Source: Candidatus Jorgensenbacteria bacterium GW2011_GWA1_48_11 (lineage in GTDB: Bacteria > Patescibacteriota > Minisyncoccia > UBA6257 > GWB1-50-10). Taken from it: a DNA stretch of 64,000 nt. Below are positions 61,393 through 64,000 of the stretch, one piece after another. Location of the stretch: contig LCPF01000001.1 in NCBI GenBank assembly GCA_001003475.1, positions 234,571 to 298,570 of the forward strand. The letters run 5' to 3'. Within the stretch, counting starts at the first letter, position 1. Each line of letters begins with the position of its first letter. The notes below the pieces were generated by a model, which saw only the letters and a list, made by a program, of their open reading frames with translations, made no database searches and had not been told where the DNA came from. Position numbers and translations under genes: made by a program.

Positions 61393-61989
61393 CTAGTTTC
61401 TTCGCGCTAGGGCCTGGCCTAAGGTTTCTTCGTCGGCAAATTCTATTTCACCGCCGGTGGGTATCCCCCGGCCGAGGCGGGTAATTTTTTCCGCCAGGCT
61501 TTCAAATTCTTTCTTAATCATTTGGGCCGTGAAATCGCCGGCACCCGTGGGGTTCAAGGCGATAATAATTTCCTTGATTTTACCGCCCAGTTCTTTCTGG
61601 ATCCTTGATTTGAGGTGTTCCAGCCGGAGTTTTTGGCTACTCTCGAGCGATCCTCTTCCTGGCAGTTCGCCCAAGAGGAGATAATGGCCTTGAAACTGGC
61701 CGGTTTTTTCGAGCGAGATCAAATCGGTTTCTTTTTCGACGATTGCAATCACCGTTTTGTCCCGTTTCGGATTGGCGCAAATGGCGCAAAGATTGCCGCC
61801 GCCTTTCAAAAAGAAGCACTGCTTGCAGCGGCTCAAGTGCCGTAAATCGCCCAGGGAAGATTCAAGGTTTTTCAGGTCGTTTTTGTCGAGACCAATTAGG
61901 TAAAAAGCAAGTCGGGTCGCAAGACGGGGCCCCAAAGAAGGCAGGCGCGAAAAATTATCGATGAATTTTTGAATTTGTTCCGGGATCAT
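61393..61989 (-). CDS. recR: Recombination mediator RecR
   Basis: LP.LGPR.A.RLA, C4 zinc finger, Toprim domain, GIP.GGEIEFAD. Confidence 0.93.
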   Translation of the reverse strand: MIPEQIQKFIDNFSRLPSLGPRLATRLAFYLIGLDKNDLKNLESSLGDLRHLSRCKQCFFLKGGGNLCAICANPKRDKTVIAIVEKETDLISLEKTGQFQGHYLLLGELPGRGSLESSQKLRLEHLKSRIQKELGGKIKEIIIALNPTGAGDFTAQMIKKEFESLAEKITRLGRGIPTGGEIEFADEETLGQALARRN

Positions 61990-62090
61990 AGTTACGAAAA
62001 TTTCCAATTTCCAATCAAATTCCAATAAAACAATTATTCAAACCTGAAAATTAAAACATTGAAAATTCAATGAAAATTGATAATTGAAAA

Positions 62091-63443
62091 TTATTCTTCG
62101 GGTGCCTGATGGGTGGTATCAATGTTCCTGAAACTGACTTTTTCCTGATCGAATTTCAGCTGGACGCTGCCCAAAGGGCCGTTGCGGTGTTTGGCGATGA
62201 TGACCTCCACCAGATTTTTTTCATCTTCGGTCGCGTCCATTCTGTCCCGGTCTTTGCGGTAAAGAAGCATCACGACGTCGGCATCCTGTTCTAGAGAGCC
62301 TGACTCGCGCAGGTCCGAAAGGCGGGGAATTTTAATTTCTCTTTGATCAACGGCGCGGGAAAGCTGGGAAATGGCCAGAACCGGAATGTTCAATTCTTTG
62401 GCCAGGCCCTTCAGGCCGCGGGAAACCTCAGTGATCTGCTGGACCATGTTGTCGCTGCCGGTGCGGGGTTGGACCAATTGCAGGTAGTCCACTATCAAAA
62501 GGTCCAGGCCGCGCTCAAGCTGGAGGCGCCTGGCCATGGAACGCATTTGGAGAATGTTGGGCGAAGGCGAGTCGTCGATGAAGAGCGGGTTTTTGGAAAG
62601 GTCGTCCAGGGCCTGCCGGACAAAGCCGAACTCCGTATCGCCCGCAAGGCGGCCGGTGCGGAGACGCCACAATGGGATTTGGGCCTGGCTCGCGATGATC
62701 CGATCGATGACTTGTTCTCGGGACATTTCGAGCGAAAAGATGCCGACCACGTGGCCTTTTAGCGACGCTTCCCGGGCGATGTCCAGGGCAAGCGCGGTCT
62801 TGCCGAATGACGGCCGGGCTCCCACGATGATCAGGTCCGATTTTTGGAGACCGGAGAGGAGATTGTCAATACCCGTAAAGCTCGTCGCGACGCCCCGCAG
62901 AGCGCCTTCGCCGCGGTGGAGTTTCTCGAGCCGTTCGTAGGCCGCCGGCAAATCGTCTTTGAGATGGACGAATTTCTGGATGCGGGAACGGCCAGCGATG
63001 TCGAAAACTTTTTGTTCCACTTGGTCCAGAAGCGTTTCGAAATCGTCGTGTTCGAAGGCCTTTTCGTGGATTTCCGAAGAGACGTTGATTAAATCGCGCC
63101 GCACCCGTTTTTCGCGGACCGCGTTCGAGTAGTGTTCGATGTGGGCCGAAGTCGGCACGCTTTCTATTAAAGTCGTGAGATATTTTTCGCCGCCAACCTC
63201 TTTCAAGAGCTTTTTTTCTTTTAATTTGGAAGCGACCGTCAAAAGGTCGATCGGCTGACTCTTGGCGAAAAGATTGATGATCGTTTCGTATATTTTCTGG
63301 TGGCGGGGGTCGTAAAAATCCGCCGGCTTCAGCGTGTCGGCGATTTTCACGATGGCGTTCTTGTCGAGCATCAAGGCGCCCAAGACCGACATTTCGGCAT
63401 CGAGGTCTTGGGGCGGAACTTTTAAGGGATTGGTTTTAGCCAT
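62091..63443 (-). CDS. dnaB: Replicative DNA helicase
   Basis: ARPSFGKT, FSLEMS, DYLQL, SQLSR, DLRESGSLEQDAD, KHRNGP. Confidence 0.97.
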   Translation of the reverse strand: MAKTNPLKVPPQDLDAEMSVLGALMLDKNAIVKIADTLKPADFYDPRHQKIYETIINLFAKSQPIDLLTVASKLKEKKLLKEVGGEKYLTTLIESVPTSAHIEHYSNAVREKRVRRDLINVSSEIHEKAFEHDDFETLLDQVEQKVFDIAGRSRIQKFVHLKDDLPAAYERLEKLHRGEGALRGVATSFTGIDNLLSGLQKSDLIIVGARPSFGKTALALDIAREASLKGHVVGIFSLEMSREQVIDRIIASQAQIPLWRLRTGRLAGDTEFGFVRQALDDLSKNPLFIDDSPSPNILQMRSMARRLQLERGLDLLIVDYLQLVQPRTGSDNMVQQITEVSRGLKGLAKELNIPVLAISQLSRAVDQREIKIPRLSDLRESGSLEQDADVVMLLYRKDRDRMDATEDEKNLVEVIIAKHRNGPLGSVQLKFDQEKVSFRNIDTTHQAPEE

Positions 63444-64000
63444 GGTCCGAGGGGCGTGTCCTGTACCTCATATCCTAATCCAATCATCCTTTTTCTCAAG
63501 GCATCGGCTTGAACAAACTGTTTATTGATTCTGTATAATTCGCGTTTTTCCGCCAGTTTGATTACCGCTCTGGGAATTTTTGTCTGTTTGACGGCGGCCT
63601 TAAACCCCAAGCCGAGCACCTCGTCGTATTTGAAAGCGAGCGAGAGCTTTGTTCTTGGGGCAAGCAGCGGGTTTTTAAGCGTGTTCCAAAGGATCGAAAG
63701 GGCTTTGGGGGTATTCAAATCATCGTTGATCGCTGTTTGAAATCGGCGGAGGAATCCAGCGGCCATTCCTTTTTGCTTTTTGCCCGCCCCCCTCGCTTTC
63801 GAAGCAGGCGAAGCAAGCCAATTAAGGTCGTTGTAAAGTTTACGAAGGGTATTGGCCGCACCCTCAAGGCCATCCCACGAAAAGTTTAATTTTTTGCGGT
63901 AATGGGCGCTGAGGACGAAATAACGATAGGCGATGGGTTTAAATCTCTTCTTTTTTAGATTTTCAAGCGTGATGAAATTGCCTTTTGATTTTCCCATTCT
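63422..64000 (-). CDS. cysS: Cysteine--tRNA ligase (C-terminal part)
   Basis: RMGKSKGN (KMSKS variant), HYR..LNFS, DDLNTPKAL (DALR domain), AD.LR, D. Confidence 0.9.
   Translation of the reverse strand, partial: RMGKSKGNFITLENLKKKRFKPIAYRYFVLSAHYRKKLNFSWDGLEGAANTLRKLYNDLNWLASPASKARGAGKKQKGMAAGFLRRFQTAINDDLNTPKALSILWNTLKNPLLAPRTKLSLAFKYDEVLGLGFKAAVKQTKIPRAVIKLAEKRELYRINKQFVQADALRKRMIGLGYEVQDTPLGPWLKPIP

Overview
This is a 64 kb chromosomal segment from a small-genome bacterium. Gene content and style point to Patescibacteria/CPR, probably Parcubacteria (inference). It holds housekeeping genes (glyQS, leuS, tyrS, partial cysS, a single-chain PheRS, gatCA, infB, rbfA, rplU, uppS, murB, HTH-murA, clpP, ligA, recG, recR, dnaB, cca), 18 tRNA genes plus tRNA fragments, a type IV pilus cluster with comF, and several secreted or Cys-rich surface proteins. 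The strongest unexplained signal is a family of ten 76-139 bp CCC...GGG inverted-repeat elements. Seven abut a start codon, and most carry a short ORF that ends at or near that start. Other signals: a tRNA 5' half broken at position 32 next to an HTH/LAGLIDADG-like gene, a mitochondrial-type PheRS architecture, stop codons supplied by tRNA sequence, heptamer repeat tracts around a four-helix-bundle gene and inside core genes, a DGR-target-like gene, and a clpP whose 3' end is replaced by 78-bp repeats. All calls come from reading motifs by eye; no searches were run.
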